Notes: generated from the letters alone by a model not told the origin. Numbered from the stretch's first letter, positions 18,557-28,714 are shown. The stretch is DNA of 51,207 nucleotides from Candidatus Magasanikbacteria bacterium RIFOXYB2_FULL_38_10 (GCA_001783145.1 MFQT01000009.1:1-51207); one strand, 5' to 3'. Made by a program: numbers and translations.

Positions 18557-21013
18557 TCAATTATCTAACTGTTTATGCCTCAAAGATTTATTAAAAAACA
18601 AGCATTTTAAAAATTCTGTCAAAATTAAATAAGCTATTACTATAATTACAATAGAAATTAAAGCAAAAAGAGGCAAGGGGGTAAAAGAAAAATAAGAGCC
18701 AAGGGGAAGATACGGCAAAGCCCAAGCTATTATCACTATCAGCAAAGTATTAAAAAATAAAAGAAAGCTGGGCCTACTCCGGAGAAAAGGAATTTTTTGG
18801 GTGCGGATAACATAAATGACAAAAACTTGCGTGGCCAAAGATTCTATAAACCATCCGGTTTGAAACTGTTTTTCTCCAAAATGAAAAAACCAAAATAAAA
18901 CTCCAAAAGTGATAAAATCAAACAAAGAGCTGATTGGTCCAAAAATTAACATATACTTTCTAATAAAAGGCAAATTCCAACGCAAAGGTTTTTTAACAGC
19001 CTCTTCGTCCACCGTGTCGGTAGCCAAAGACAGCTGGGACATATCATACAAAAAATTATTTAAAAGAATTTGTGCCGGCAACATGGGCAAAAAAGGCAGA
19101 AGAAAGGAAACAAAAGTCATAGAAAACATATTGCCAAAGTTGGAGCTTAGGCCCATCATGATGTATTTTAAGGTATTTTGAAAAGTCTTACGGCCTTCAA
19201 TAATACCATCTTTCAAGACGTCCAAACTTTTCTTAAGTAAGATAATATCGGCCGTTTCCTTGGCCACGTCCACGGCGTTATTAACAGAAATACCCACATC
19301 GGCCGCTTTTAAAGCCGGAGCGTCATTAATGCCATCGCCCAAATAACCCACAGTGACATTATTTTTTTTTAATAATAAAATTATTTTTTCTTTTTGGATT
19401 GGATTCACTCTGGCAAAAATAGTAGTTCTCCCAACCACGGGCAACAATTCTTCTTCAGTCATTTTTTCCATCTGTTCGCCGGTTAGAGTTCCTTTTATTA
19501 CTAAATTAATGTCGCGACAAATTTTTTGAGTTAAAATAGCACTATCCCCGGTTAAAATTTTTATTTCTACTCCCAATTTTTCCAAAGAACCAATGGCTTC
19601 TTTAACCGTTTCTTTAGGGGGGTCAAGAAAAGCTGCAAAACCAACAAAAATTAAATCGTCCTCCACGTCTTTTTCATAAACATCATTAAAATCTGTTATC
19701 TCTTTTATGGCTACGGCTAAAACCCTAAAACCATCAGCACTCAATTTTTGATATGTTTCTTGGCCCTTTTCAATCAAATTGATAGTGGAAAGATTGGGTT
19801 TTTCCCAAACCCCTTGACAAAGTTCCCACATATTTTCCGGAGCTCCCTTACTAATAAGCCAACGGCGACCGTCTTTTTCCACTACCACGGAATTACGACG
19901 ACGCATAAAATCAAAAGGTATTTCATCAATTTTTTTAAAATCGTCAATATCTAATTTTTTGTATTCTTTTATAGCCTTATCCAAAGGATTAATTACTCCG
20001 GTATGAAACATACTGGATAAATAGGCATACAAAAAAACATCATCTTTTTCCTCACCTAAAATATCAATATTTTTGATTAAAGTAATTTTATCTTTAGTTA
20101 AAGTGCCGGTTTTATCAGTACACAAAACATTCATGCCGCCAAAATTCTCTATGGCCAAAAGATTTTTAACTATTACGTCTTTTTTAGCCATTTTTAAGGA
20201 ACCGTGACTTAAGGCCACTGAAACAATCATTGGTAAAAGTTCCGGAGTTAACCCAATTGCAATAGCTAAAGCAAAGAGAAAAGAATCAAAAAAACCACGA
20301 CCCAAAAAATAATTGGCGGTAAAAACAATAAAAACCAAAACAAAAGTGATTCTTAAAATAAAATAACTAAAACGACGCAGGCCTTTGGCAAATTCAGTTT
20401 CTAAAGAGCCTGCTTCTAGTCTTTCGGCAATTTCTCCGTACTTGGTGAAACGGCCGGTTTTTTCCACTTCCATAATCGCCCGACCGGCAATCACACTGGT
20501 TCCCATTAAAATCATACTTTCTTCCCCCTTTTCTGATTTTTTTTCAACTGGAAAAGATTCGCCCGTCAAAGCAGCTTGATTAACAAAAAAATCCTTAGCC
20601 TCTAAAAGACGGCCATCCCCGGGAATAATGTCCCCGGCTGTAAGCTCTATAATATCTCCCGGGACGATTTTTTTTAAAACTACTTCTTTTTTTTGCCCAT
20701 CGCGCCAAACAGTGGCCGTAGTGACCACGCGATTGATCAATTTATCTACGGCTTTTTCCGATTTAAAAGTGTTGAAAAAATCTAAAACCGCCGAAACAAA
20801 AACCATTACCAAAATAATAATTGCATTAACGCTCTCACCCAAAAAAAAGGAAACCAAAGAAACAAAAATTAAAAGGATTAAAAGCGGACTGTTAAATTTT
20901 TTAAGAAACAAAAGAAAAAAATTAATTTTTTTCTTTTGTTTCACAATATTTTCTCCGAACTTTTTGAGCCGAAAGGATGCTTCAATGCCGCTTAAGCCTA
21001 AAATATTTTCCAT
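18557..21013 (-). CDS. mgtA: Mg2+-importing P-type ATPase (MgtA-like, P3B)
   Basis: 818 aa. [31 protein letters not shown], and LNNFLYDMSQLSLATDTVDEE, which matches the MgtA-type LLYD-SQ...D-VD block. Confidence 0.8.
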   Translation of the reverse strand: MENILGLSGIEASFRLKKFGENIVKQKKKINFFLLFLKKFNSPLLILLIFVSLVSFFLGESVNAIIILVMVFVSAVLDFFNTFKSEKAVDKLINRVVTTATVWRDGQKKEVVLKKIVPGDIIELTAGDIIPGDGRLLEAKDFFVNQAALTGESFPVEKKSEKGEESMILMGTSVIAGRAIMEVEKTGRFTKYGEIAERLEAGSLETEFAKGLRRFSYFILRITFVLVFIVFTANYFLGRGFFDSFLFALAIAIGLTPELLPMIVSVALSHGSLKMAKKDVIVKNLLAIENFGGMNVLCTDKTGTLTKDKITLIKNIDILGEEKDDVFLYAYLSSMFHTGVINPLDKAIKEYKKLDIDDFKKIDEIPFDFMRRRNSVVVEKDGRRWLISKGAPENMWELCQGVWEKPNLSTINLIEKGQETYQKLSADGFRVLAVAIKEITDFNDVYEKDVEDDLIFVGFAAFLDPPKETVKEAIGSLEKLGVEIKILTGDSAILTQKICRDINLVIKGTLTGEQMEKMTEEELLPVVGRTTIFARVNPIQKEKIILLLKKNNVTVGYLGDGINDAPALKAADVGISVNNAVDVAKETADIILLKKSLDVLKDGIIEGRKTFQNTLKYIMMGLSSNFGNMFSMTFVSFLLPFLPMLPAQILLNNFLYDMSQLSLATDTVDEEAVKKPLRWNLPFIRKYMLIFGPISSLFDFITFGVLFWFFHFGEKQFQTGWFIESLATQVFVIYVIRTQKIPFLRSRPSFLLFFNTLLIVIIAWALPYLPLGSYFSFTPLPLFALISIVIIVIAYLILTEFLKCLFFNKSLRHKQLDN

Positions 21014-21016
21014 ATT

Positions 21017-21043
21017 AAAATAGAAGCCTAATGCTTCTATTTT
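21017..21043. terminator. Hairpin/terminator between rsmE and mgtA
   Basis: AAAATAGAAGC-ctaat-GCTTCTATTTT. On the minus strand it ends 4 nt before the mgtA ATG. Confidence 0.5.
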
Positions 21044-21067
21044 AGCACTTTCTCCTTAAATTGGAAA

Positions 21068-21769
21068 TCAATTGGCCGCTAAGTAAGTAGCAATAATTGC
21101 AGCGGTTTCTGCCCGTAAAACAGCTGGCCCCAGATTAACTTCTTTAAAATAGTAATCACTGGACAGCTTCCTTTCATTATCTGTCCAGCCGCCCTCTGGT
21201 CCAATAAAAATATTAACTAAACGACCCTGTACCTTAGGAAAAGCATCCGTATCTTTTGTGATATCAAAAAATAAATTAATATCTTCTTTTTTAAGTCCAT
21301 CCAAAACCTGCTTAAAAGACAAAGGTTTGGTAATTTCTGGCAAGATATTTCTACCTGACTGCTCAGTTGCTTCTTTAATTATTTTTTTTAATCGTTCTAA
21401 ATTAAGATTTAATTTTATGGTTCTTTCCGTAATTAGAGGAATAATTTTTGTCACCCCTACTTCGGCGGCTTTTTGAACAACCAATTCAAAATTTTCCTTT
21501 TTTAAAACCGCGCAAAAAAGAGTTACCTGATTTTTAGCCCTTACATTGTTAGCCGTCTTTTTTATTTCTTTTAAAACTATCTCCTCTCGATTCAACTCTT
21601 TTATTTTACCTTGATATTCAAAACCATCACCGTTAAATAAAACAATAGACTCGCCGGATTGCAACTTTAAAACATCTTCAATTTGATGAATTATTTCTTT
21701 ATCTCCTAAAACTACTTGTTCTTCCTTTAAATTTTGTTCCATGAAAAAACGATGTATTTTCATAAGCAA
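21068..21769 (-). CDS. rsmE: 16S rRNA (uracil1498-N3)-methyltransferase RsmE family
   Basis: 233 aa. IGPEGGW motif and a SPOUT-type C-terminus. Confidence 0.85.
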   Translation of the reverse strand: MLMKIHRFFMEQNLKEEQVVLGDKEIIHQIEDVLKLQSGESIVLFNGDGFEYQGKIKELNREEIVLKEIKKTANNVRAKNQVTLFCAVLKKENFELVVQKAAEVGVTKIIPLITERTIKLNLNLERLKKIIKEATEQSGRNILPEITKPLSFKQVLDGLKKEDINLFFDITKDTDAFPKVQGRLVNIFIGPEGGWTDNERKLSSDYYFKEVNLGPAVLRAETAAIIATYLAAN

Positions 21770-21777
21770 TCAATTTA

Positions 21778-23964
21778 TTAAAATTTAATTCTTTTTAAAA
21801 GCAAAGAATTTAAAACTACGGAAACGCTGCTTAAAGCCATAGCTAATCCGGCAAATTCGGCCCTTAACAGACCCAGAGCGGCAATAGGAATACCAACGCT
21901 GTTGTAAAACAACGCCCAAAACATATTTTGTTTGATTTTTCTCATTGTAGCTTTGCTTAATTTAATAGCTTTAACAACATCGCGCAGGTCATTTTTAACC
22001 AAAACAATTCCGCCTGCTTCAATGGCAATATCCGTACCCGACCCCATAACGATTCCCAGATTAGAAGCGGCCAAGGCCGGAGCATCATTGATGCCATCTC
22101 CCACCATGGCTACTTTTTGACCGCTCTGTTGCAATTTAATCACCTCTTTGGCTTTATCTTCCGGCAAAACTTCGGCCAAGACTTCATCAATTCCCAATTG
22201 CCTGGCAATGGATTCGGCGGTTCTTTTGTTATCGCCGGTAATCATGATAGTTCTAATTTTCATCTGCTGTAATTTATTGATAGCTTCTTTAGAGGTCTCC
22301 TTTAAAGTATCGGCCACGGCAATCAATCCCAGCAATTTGGAATCTGCCGTAAGATGCATTACCGTCTTCCCTTCATTTTCTAAATTGGCAATAATACCAA
22401 TTTCTTTTTCACCAATAACAGATCCGTTATTTTCTGATAATTTTTTATTGCCCAGAAAATAGCTGACTCCTCCTATATCACCCTTGACGCCGTGTCCGGG
22501 TACGGCCTGAAAATTATTAACGGATAAAAATTCCGCTTTTTCTGTTTTAGCCTTTTTTACCACGGCTTCGGCCAAAGGATGTTCGGATAACTTCTCTAAA
22601 GAAGCGGCGATCTGTAATAAACGGTCTTCTTCCCACCCTTCACCAACAATCAAATTGGTGACCTCAGGCTGTCCTTTGGTTAAAGTGCCTGTTTTATCAA
22701 AAACAATTACTTTAATTTTATTGGCAACTTCCAACGCTTCACCGCCTTTAATCAAAATCCCATTTTCCGCTCCCTTACCGGTACCCACCATAATTGAGGT
22801 GGGTGTAGCCAATCCCAAAGCACAGGGACAGGCAATTACTAAAACGGCGGTAAAGGACATCAAAGCTATTAAAAAAGGAGAGTTTGCTAAAAAAAACCAA
22901 CTCACAAATGTAATCAAAGCCAGGGCCACCACTGCCGGCACAAAGTAACCGGAAACCAAATCGGCAAATTTCTGTATTGGCGCTTTGGAACTTTGCGCCT
23001 CTTCCACCACCTTAATAATTTGGGCCAAAACCGTATCCTTACCGATTTTAGTGGCTCTGAATTTAAAACTCCCGGTTTTATTAATAGTCGCCCCGATTAC
23101 AAAGTCCTCGGCCTTTTTTTCCAACGGCAAGCTTTCTCCGGAAATCATAGATTCATCAACGCTGGAATAACCCTCTAAAATCTGTCCGTCAACCGGAATT
23201 TTTTCCCCCGGTCTAACAATAATGATGTCGCCAACCACCACCTCTTTAAGAGGTATGTCTTTTTCCGCACCATCACGAATTACGCGGGCGGTTTTAGCTT
23301 GAAGCCCCAAAAGTTTTTTTATAGCTTCGCTGGCTTTGCCTTTAACTCTCGCCTCCAACCATTTGCCCAAAACCACAAAAGTGATAAGCAGGGCCGAGGT
23401 TTCGTAAAAAATTTCCCCTTCTATAAAATAGGTGGCGGCGATACTGTAAAAATAAGCGGCGCTGGTGCCAACGGCAATTAAAGTGTCCATATTGGCACTG
23501 CCATTTTTAAATGCGTAATAAGTTCCACGATAAAAACGCCAGCCAATGAAAAACTGCACCACTCCAGCCAAAATGGATTGCACCACCTTGCTATTAAACG
23601 ACTTATCAACCAAAATCATGCTCAAAATCACCACCGGCAAAGTTAAAACCAAACTTAATAAAAATAAATTTCTTTCTTTTTTAATTTCTTTTTCTCTCCT
23701 TTTATAATTTTCATCAGCCTCGTCATCACTGCCAAGAAAAGCCTTGTAGCCGATTTTCCCAACGGCGGACACAACTTCTTCATCTAAACTTCTATCGCCG
23801 TCAAATTCCACCGTAGCTTTCTGGGTGGCAAAATTAACCGTAGCTTTTTTTATACCGGCCACATTTTTTAAATTATTCTCTATGAGAAGAGCGCACGAAG
23901 CGCAATGCATGCCTTCTATATTATAAGTTTGTTTGGCCGCGGAAACGGAATTTTTTTTAGACAT
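21778..23964 (-). CDS. copA: Copper-translocating P1B-type ATPase
   Basis: 728 aa. N-terminal HMA domain GMHCASC, CPC motif ([11 protein letters not shown]), DKTGTLT, and [10 protein letters not shown]. Confidence 0.93.
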   Translation of the reverse strand: MSKKNSVSAAKQTYNIEGMHCASCALLIENNLKNVAGIKKATVNFATQKATVEFDGDRSLDEEVVSAVGKIGYKAFLGSDDEADENYKRREKEIKKERNLFLLSLVLTLPVVILSMILVDKSFNSKVVQSILAGVVQFFIGWRFYRGTYYAFKNGSANMDTLIAVGTSAAYFYSIAATYFIEGEIFYETSALLITFVVLGKWLEARVKGKASEAIKKLLGLQAKTARVIRDGAEKDIPLKEVVVGDIIIVRPGEKIPVDGQILEGYSSVDESMISGESLPLEKKAEDFVIGATINKTGSFKFRATKIGKDTVLAQIIKVVEEAQSSKAPIQKFADLVSGYFVPAVVALALITFVSWFFLANSPFLIALMSFTAVLVIACPCALGLATPTSIMVGTGKGAENGILIKGGEALEVANKIKVIVFDKTGTLTKGQPEVTNLIVGEGWEEDRLLQIAASLEKLSEHPLAEAVVKKAKTEKAEFLSVNNFQAVPGHGVKGDIGGVSYFLGNKKLSENNGSVIGEKEIGIIANLENEGKTVMHLTADSKLLGLIAVADTLKETSKEAINKLQQMKIRTIMITGDNKRTAESIARQLGIDEVLAEVLPEDKAKEVIKLQQSGQKVAMVGDGINDAPALAASNLGIVMGSGTDIAIEAGGIVLVKNDLRDVVKAIKLSKATMRKIKQNMFWALFYNSVGIPIAALGLLRAEFAGLAMALSSVSVVLNSLLLKRIKF

Positions 23965-23966
23965 AT

Positions 23967-24335
23967 TTATTCAATTATTAGTTTTCCTTGATACATGGAC
24001 ATATCACAAGTGAAAGTAAAAACGCCTTTTTTATCCACTGATAATTCTACCGTTACAATTTCGCCTTCAGGCAGTTCTTTTCTAATGTGCCAATCGGGAA
24101 AATTAACAAACCTGGAACAATCCGCAGATTCTTCTCGTTTAAAATTTATCCATATTTTTTTACCAAGTTTGGCTCTAAGAACATCCGGCGAATAGACTCC
24201 TTTAACTAAAATATTAAAAATTTGAGCACCATCCTCCTTAAATGGCTCTGTACCTTTTTTTCTTTTAGTTTTCCAAACCCATAAACAAAAGGCGGCAATA
24301 ATCAGTAAGATTAAAATTAAACCGGTTATTTTCAT
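23967..24335 (-). CDS. Membrane-anchored cupredoxin-like domain protein
   Basis: 122 aa. One N-terminal TM helix, then a small beta-rich domain ending [15 protein letters not shown]. It sits 2 nt upstream of copA. Confidence 0.5.
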   Translation of the reverse strand: MKITGLILILLIIAAFCLWVWKTKRKKGTEPFKEDGAQIFNILVKGVYSPDVLRAKLGKKIWINFKREESADCSRFVNFPDWHIRKELPEGEIVTVELSVDKKGVFTFTCDMSMYQGKLIIE

Positions 24336-24364
24336 ATTTTTAATTAAATTAAAATTTGATTAAA

Positions 24365-25726
24365 TTAGCTATCCACCACATCAATTATGCCGTTAATCAT
24401 GCCCATCCAACAACTAAATTTGTAGCGCCCAACCCTTAAAGGGGTGAACTTTTTAATTGCTGTTTTGCCGGGCTTTAAATCAATTTGTCCGGAAAAAAGT
24501 CCTCTGGCAATGACGGCGTTGGTGCAACCGCTGGTTCCGGTGTCTTTAATTTCCCATCTTACCGGCACACCTACTTTAATTTTAAAATAGTCCGGCTGAT
24601 AACCCGAAGCAGAAGCTTCCATTTTAATCACCTGCTCACCCTCAATCAAAGTCGTTGGCCTGGCTTTAGTTGGAGAACCGCTATTAAACCAATCAGAAAT
24701 ACTGGGCCAGCCCAAAACATTAAACTGGGCATTGATGTTGAAAAGGGCAAAAAACAAAACCAAAAGGCCGGCAGTCTTTAAAAATTTTGCGGCCGTATGC
24801 GGACGCGAAACAAACTTGACGCTAGATAACCCAATAAGAAATAACATCGGAGCCGTGCCTAAAGCAAAAAACAACATGATTAAACCGCCTTGCCAAAAGG
24901 ATCCGGACAACAAAGCTACTCCCTGGGAAGTGACGGTAAAACCACAAGGCAAAAAGAAAGTCCCGGCGCCTAAAAGAAAAGGCATTTTTTTGCCGCTAAA
25001 ATTATTTTCATCAGAAACTTGGCGGGTGATAAAACGAGGCATTCTTATTTGAAATTTTTGAAAATAACTTAAACCCATCATTTGCAATCCCAAAAGGACC
25101 ATCAGAATGGAAACAGACAAAACTAATATGCCGGTAAAGCTTGGGGAAACTTGTAATTTACCGCCAATGGCGCCCAAAACCATTCCTCCTAAACCATAGG
25201 AAAAAAGACGGCCCGCATTAAACATAAAGTGCGGGTGCATTTTTTGCCATAATCCGGAATTGGAAGCATAGGCGTTAGCCCAATGTTTAGACATGGATAA
25301 AACAAGGCCCCCCACCAAAGCGGCACAAGTAGATAGACCAGCTAAAATTCCAAAAATAAAAAAACCCGCCAAATTAGAAGACGAATTAACATTAACAAGA
25401 GAACTGAAACCTAAACGATTAAGATAAAGAAAGGCCAAAATAATGATTATGACTAGCAAAAAATTTTTACCCCAACCGCCGGAATTTTCTTTTTTAAAAC
25501 CCAAATCAGAAAATTGATAACCATCAACCTTAAAAAATGCGTTTAATTTGTCTATTGTCGGCCGACCCGACGTGTAAGTAATTTTAACTTCCCCTTTGCC
25601 AACCGAAGCGTCAACCGAGGTGACACCGGGAATTTCAATAATTTTTTTTTCTAATAAAATTTCACAGGAAGCGCAATGCATACCCTTGACTTTATAAATA
25701 AATTCAAATTTCTTAGTTGAACTCAT
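24365..25726 (-). CDS. Fusion protein: HMA domain, polytopic TauE/SafE- or DsbD_2-like membrane domain, and C-terminal cupredoxin-like domain
   Basis: 453 aa. GMHCASC at the N-terminus, about 6-8 hydrophobic helices, and a C-terminal YKFSCWMGMINGII block. Confidence 0.65.
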   Translation of the reverse strand: MSSTKKFEFIYKVKGMHCASCEILLEKKIIEIPGVTSVDASVGKGEVKITYTSGRPTIDKLNAFFKVDGYQFSDLGFKKENSGGWGKNFLLVIIIILAFLYLNRLGFSSLVNVNSSSNLAGFFIFGILAGLSTCAALVGGLVLSMSKHWANAYASNSGLWQKMHPHFMFNAGRLFSYGLGGMVLGAIGGKLQVSPSFTGILVLSVSILMVLLGLQMMGLSYFQKFQIRMPRFITRQVSDENNFSGKKMPFLLGAGTFFLPCGFTVTSQGVALLSGSFWQGGLIMLFFALGTAPMLFLIGLSSVKFVSRPHTAAKFLKTAGLLVLFFALFNINAQFNVLGWPSISDWFNSGSPTKARPTTLIEGEQVIKMEASASGYQPDYFKIKVGVPVRWEIKDTGTSGCTNAVIARGLFSGQIDLKPGKTAIKKFTPLRVGRYKFSCWMGMINGIIDVVDS

Positions 25727-25729
25727 ATT

Positions 25730-26002
25730 TTACTTATTAAATAATTTGGTGACAGTTAAAATTTCTTCTATCATTTCCTGTTTACGTTTATTATTGTCGG
25801 AAGAGACAGCCGAAGTAAAACAAGAAGCCAAATGGTTCTCCATTAGCATCTGATGCGCTGATTTTAAAAGACCAATCACCGCCAAGTTCTGTTGCATAAT
25901 ATTGATGCAATATTCGCCGTCTTCTGTCATTTGAACAATTTTGGCTAATAAGCTGTTGGCCTTTTTAAAACTAATCAAAGCCTTTTCTTTGTAATTTTGC
26001 AT
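25730..26002 (-). CDS. csoR: CsoR/RcnR-family metal-sensing repressor (Cu-type C-H-C ligand set)
   Basis: 90 aa. Cys in YCINIMQQ plus H-x3-C in NHLASC. It is the first gene of the copper operon. Confidence 0.8.
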   Translation of the reverse strand: MQNYKEKALISFKKANSLLAKIVQMTEDGEYCINIMQQNLAVIGLLKSAHQMLMENHLASCFTSAVSSDNNKRKQEMIEEILTVTKLFNK

Positions 26003-26031
26003 AAATTTTCTTAATTTAAATTATTTATTAA

Positions 26032-26052
26032 TATACCCCCACCCCAGGTATA
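26032..26052. promoter_or_regulatory. Candidate CsoR operator
   Basis: TATACC-CCCACCCCA-GGTATA: AT-rich inverted arms around a C/G tract, as in known CsoR operators. It lies immediately downstream of the csoR -10 element. Confidence 0.5.
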
Positions 26053-26057
26053 GGTAT

Positions 26058-26086
26058 AGTATATCCCCTATTTTTCCACATGTCAA
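26058..26086 (-). promoter_or_regulatory. Sigma70-type promoter of the csoR-copA operon
   Basis: Minus strand reads TTGACA-TGTGGAAAAATAGGGGA(17)-TATACT. Confidence 0.6.
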
Positions 26087-26128
26087 ATACCCAACTTGTT
26101 GCCTCCTTTATAGCATCCCCTACAAAGA

Positions 26129-26157
26129 TTGAAAAAAAAACTTTTATCCTATACAAT
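26129..26157 (+). promoter_or_regulatory. Sigma70-type promoter of znuABC
   Basis: TTGAAA, 17-nt spacer, TACAAT. It lies 16 nt upstream of the ATG at 26173. Confidence 0.5.
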
Positions 26158-26172
26158 ATAGCCAACAAGCTT

Positions 26173-27117
26173 ATGAAAAAAATTCTTTTTGGGGCTTTAA
26201 TTTTGGCGCTCATCTTGGCCCTCTTTTACAGCCTAAACAAAATTGAACGGCTCCGGCCTCAAACGGGTAAAATCAAAATCATCACCACCCTTTTTCCTTT
26301 ATACGATTTTGCCAAAAACATTGGCCAAGACAAAACTGAAGTTACTTTGCTTTTGCCACCCGGAGTAGAGCCTCATTCTTTTGAACCAACCCCCAGTGAT
26401 ATTGCCAACATAAACACAGCGGATATTTTTGTTTTTACCGGCAAATTTATGGAACCTTGGGTAGCGGAAATAATCAAAGGATCCACTAACAAAAATTTAT
26501 TAGTGGTAGATGATAGCAACGGAGTTCGGTTGATTGATGCGGTTTTCCACGATTCTGATGAGCCGGCAGGAGCTTCCGATCCCCATATTTGGCTTGATTT
26601 TGATAACGATAGGATAATGGCTAAAAATATTCTAGAGGCTTTGCAGACAAAAGATCCCTCTAATGAAACTTTTTATCAAAATAATTTTGCCTCTTTTTCT
26701 TCTCAATTAAATAATTTAGATGAAAAATACCAAAGCTACTTAAGCACCTGTCAAAATAAGACTTTAGTTTATGGCGGACACTATGCCCTAGGCTACTTGG
26801 CCAAACGCTACGGACTTAATTATTTGGCCGCCCAGGGCCTGGCCCCTGATGCCGAACCTACCGCTCAAGATTTGATAAAATTAATTGAACAGATCAAAAA
26901 AAATAAAATTAAATACATTTTTTACGAAGAGCTTACCAGCCCCAAAATTTCTGAAACCCTAGCCCAGGAGACCCGCACTAAAATGCTCCTGTTAAATGCG
27001 GGTCACAATCTTTCTAAAAATGATTTTTTAAAAGGAGAAACTTTTTTATCTTTAATGGAAAAAAATTTAAAAAATTTAAAGACTGGATTGGATTGTTCGG
27101 AAATTGACCCCCATTAA
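26173..27117 (+). CDS. znuA: Zn/Mn ABC transporter substrate-binding protein (ZnuA/TroA family)
   Basis: Signal/lipoprotein-like start MKKILFGALILALILALF, plus EPHSFEP and DPHIWLD motifs. The ORF-track start at 26080 lies upstream of the predicted promoter, so I use 26173. Confidence 0.85.
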   Translation: MKKILFGALILALILALFYSLNKIERLRPQTGKIKIITTLFPLYDFAKNIGQDKTEVTLLLPPGVEPHSFEPTPSDIANINTADIFVFTGKFMEPWVAEIIKGSTNKNLLVVDDSNGVRLIDAVFHDSDEPAGASDPHIWLDFDNDRIMAKNILEALQTKDPSNETFYQNNFASFSSQLNNLDEKYQSYLSTCQNKTLVYGGHYALGYLAKRYGLNYLAAQGLAPDAEPTAQDLIKLIEQIKKNKIKYIFYEELTSPKISETLAQETRTKMLLLNAGHNLSKNDFLKGETFLSLMEKNLKNLKTGLDCSEIDPH

Positions 27118-27138
27118 AATTATCAAAATTTTAAATTT

Positions 27139-27909
27139 ATGTCTGTTATCTTAAAAGCTAATAAAATTTGTGTCAATTACGGCAAAACCCCAGCTTTACA
27201 CAATGTAAGTTTTGAAATTAACCAAGGTGATTATATTGGTCTCGCCGGACCCAACGGAGCAGGAAAAACAACACTGATTAAAGCTGTTTTAGGGTTAATT
27301 CCTTTAGCCAATGGGGAGATGAAAATTTTTGATCAGCCACAAAAAAAATTCTCTGCTTGGCAAAAAATCGGCTATCTGCCACAAAAATCGGCCATTATCA
27401 GCACTCTTTTTCCAGCCACAGTTGAAGAAATTTTAATGCTGGGAATTCTGCCATCCAAAAAATGGCCCAAAGTAATTGGCAAAAAAGAACATGAACGCGT
27501 TGATGAAATTTTAGAACAATTTAAAATTTCTGATTTGAGAAAAAAAATGATCAGTGAACTTTCCGGGGGACAGCAGCAAAAAATTCTCTTGGCACGAGCT
27601 TTGATTTCTAAACCGCAACTACTAATTTTGGACGAGCCCTCCACCGCCTTAGATCCGGAATCGCGAGAATCTTTTTTCCAAATAATAAGCGGACTTAATC
27701 AAAATAATAAAATCGCCATAATCCTAATTACCCATGATACCGGTTATATTGGTCAATACGCTCAAAAATTATTATATTTAGATAAAAAATTGGTTTACTT
27801 CGGCAAATTTTCCGAATTCTGCACATCAACTGATATGGGATCATACTTTGGACATGAACAACATATTATCTGCCATCAACATCTGCACGAGCACAAACAT
27901 CAAAACTAA
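27139..27909 (+). CDS. znuC: Zn/Mn ABC transporter ATP-binding protein
   Basis: Walker A GPNGAGKTT, signature LSGGQQQ, Walker B LLILDEP, and a His-rich tail HQHLHEHKHQ. Confidence 0.9.
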   Translation: MSVILKANKICVNYGKTPALHNVSFEINQGDYIGLAGPNGAGKTTLIKAVLGLIPLANGEMKIFDQPQKKFSAWQKIGYLPQKSAIISTLFPATVEEILMLGILPSKKWPKVIGKKEHERVDEILEQFKISDLRKKMISELSGGQQQKILLARALISKPQLLILDEPSTALDPESRESFFQIISGLNQNNKIAIILITHDTGYIGQYAQKLLYLDKKLVYFGKFSEFCTSTDMGSYFGHEQHIICHQHLHEHKHQN

Positions 27910-27910
27910 T

Positions 27911-28714
27911 ATGGAATTTATTAATTTTTTACAATATTCTTTTATACAAAGGGCTTTCTTAGCCGGATCTTTTGTGGCAATTATTTGCGCGGCTTTAGGA
28001 ATATTCTTAGTTTTACGCAAAATGTCCTTAATCGGTGACGGTTTATCACATGTAAGTTTTGGCGCCATTGCTTTGGGCATTTTTTTAGGAATCTATCCTT
28101 TCCATATCGCCGTTCCCTTAGTAATATTAAGCTCTTATATTATTTTAAAAATCACGGAAAAAGCTAAAATTTACGGCGATGCGGCTATTGGCATTGTCTC
28201 GGCCGTAGGCATTGCCGGCGGAGTTTTATTAGCCAGTCTTTCTAACGGTTTTAACGTGGATCTTTTCAGCTACCTCTTTGGCAATATTTTATCCATTGCC
28301 CTGAGCGAAGTAATCCTCTCCGTTATTTTATCGGCCATTGTTTTAATCATTATTTATTTATATTATTGGGATTTATTTTCCGCTACTTTTGATGAAGAGT
28401 ATGCCAAAACTACCGGCATAAAAACAGAATACATCAACATTATTATTTCCGCCCTCACGGCCGTGACTGTGGTTTTAGCAGTTAAAATGGTGGGAGTAAT
28501 GTTGGTTTCCGCACTTTTAATTTTGCCGGCTGTCACTTCCCTACAAATTGCCAAAGGATTTAAAATTGCTATTGTCCTAGCTTGCTGTACGGCTTTAATT
28601 TCCGTAGTCTTGGGAATTACAATTTCTTTTTTCTTAAACTGGCCCAGTGGCGCCACGATTGTACTTCTTAACGCCCTTTTCTTTATACTGGCCTTAATCT
28701 ACAAAAAACTTTAA
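27911..28714 (+). CDS. znuB: Zn/Mn ABC transporter permease
   Basis: Polytopic ABC-3 type permease. The ATG at 27911 follows the znuC stop by 1 nt. The ORF-track start at 27848 is a TTG inside znuC. Confidence 0.88.
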   Translation: MEFINFLQYSFIQRAFLAGSFVAIICAALGIFLVLRKMSLIGDGLSHVSFGAIALGIFLGIYPFHIAVPLVILSSYIILKITEKAKIYGDAAIGIVSAVGIAGGVLLASLSNGFNVDLFSYLFGNILSIALSEVILSVILSAIVLIIIYLYYWDLFSATFDEEYAKTTGIKTEYINIIISALTAVTVVLAVKMVGVMLVSALLILPAVTSLQIAKGFKIAIVLACCTALISVVLGITISFFLNWPSGATIVLLNALFFILALIYKKL

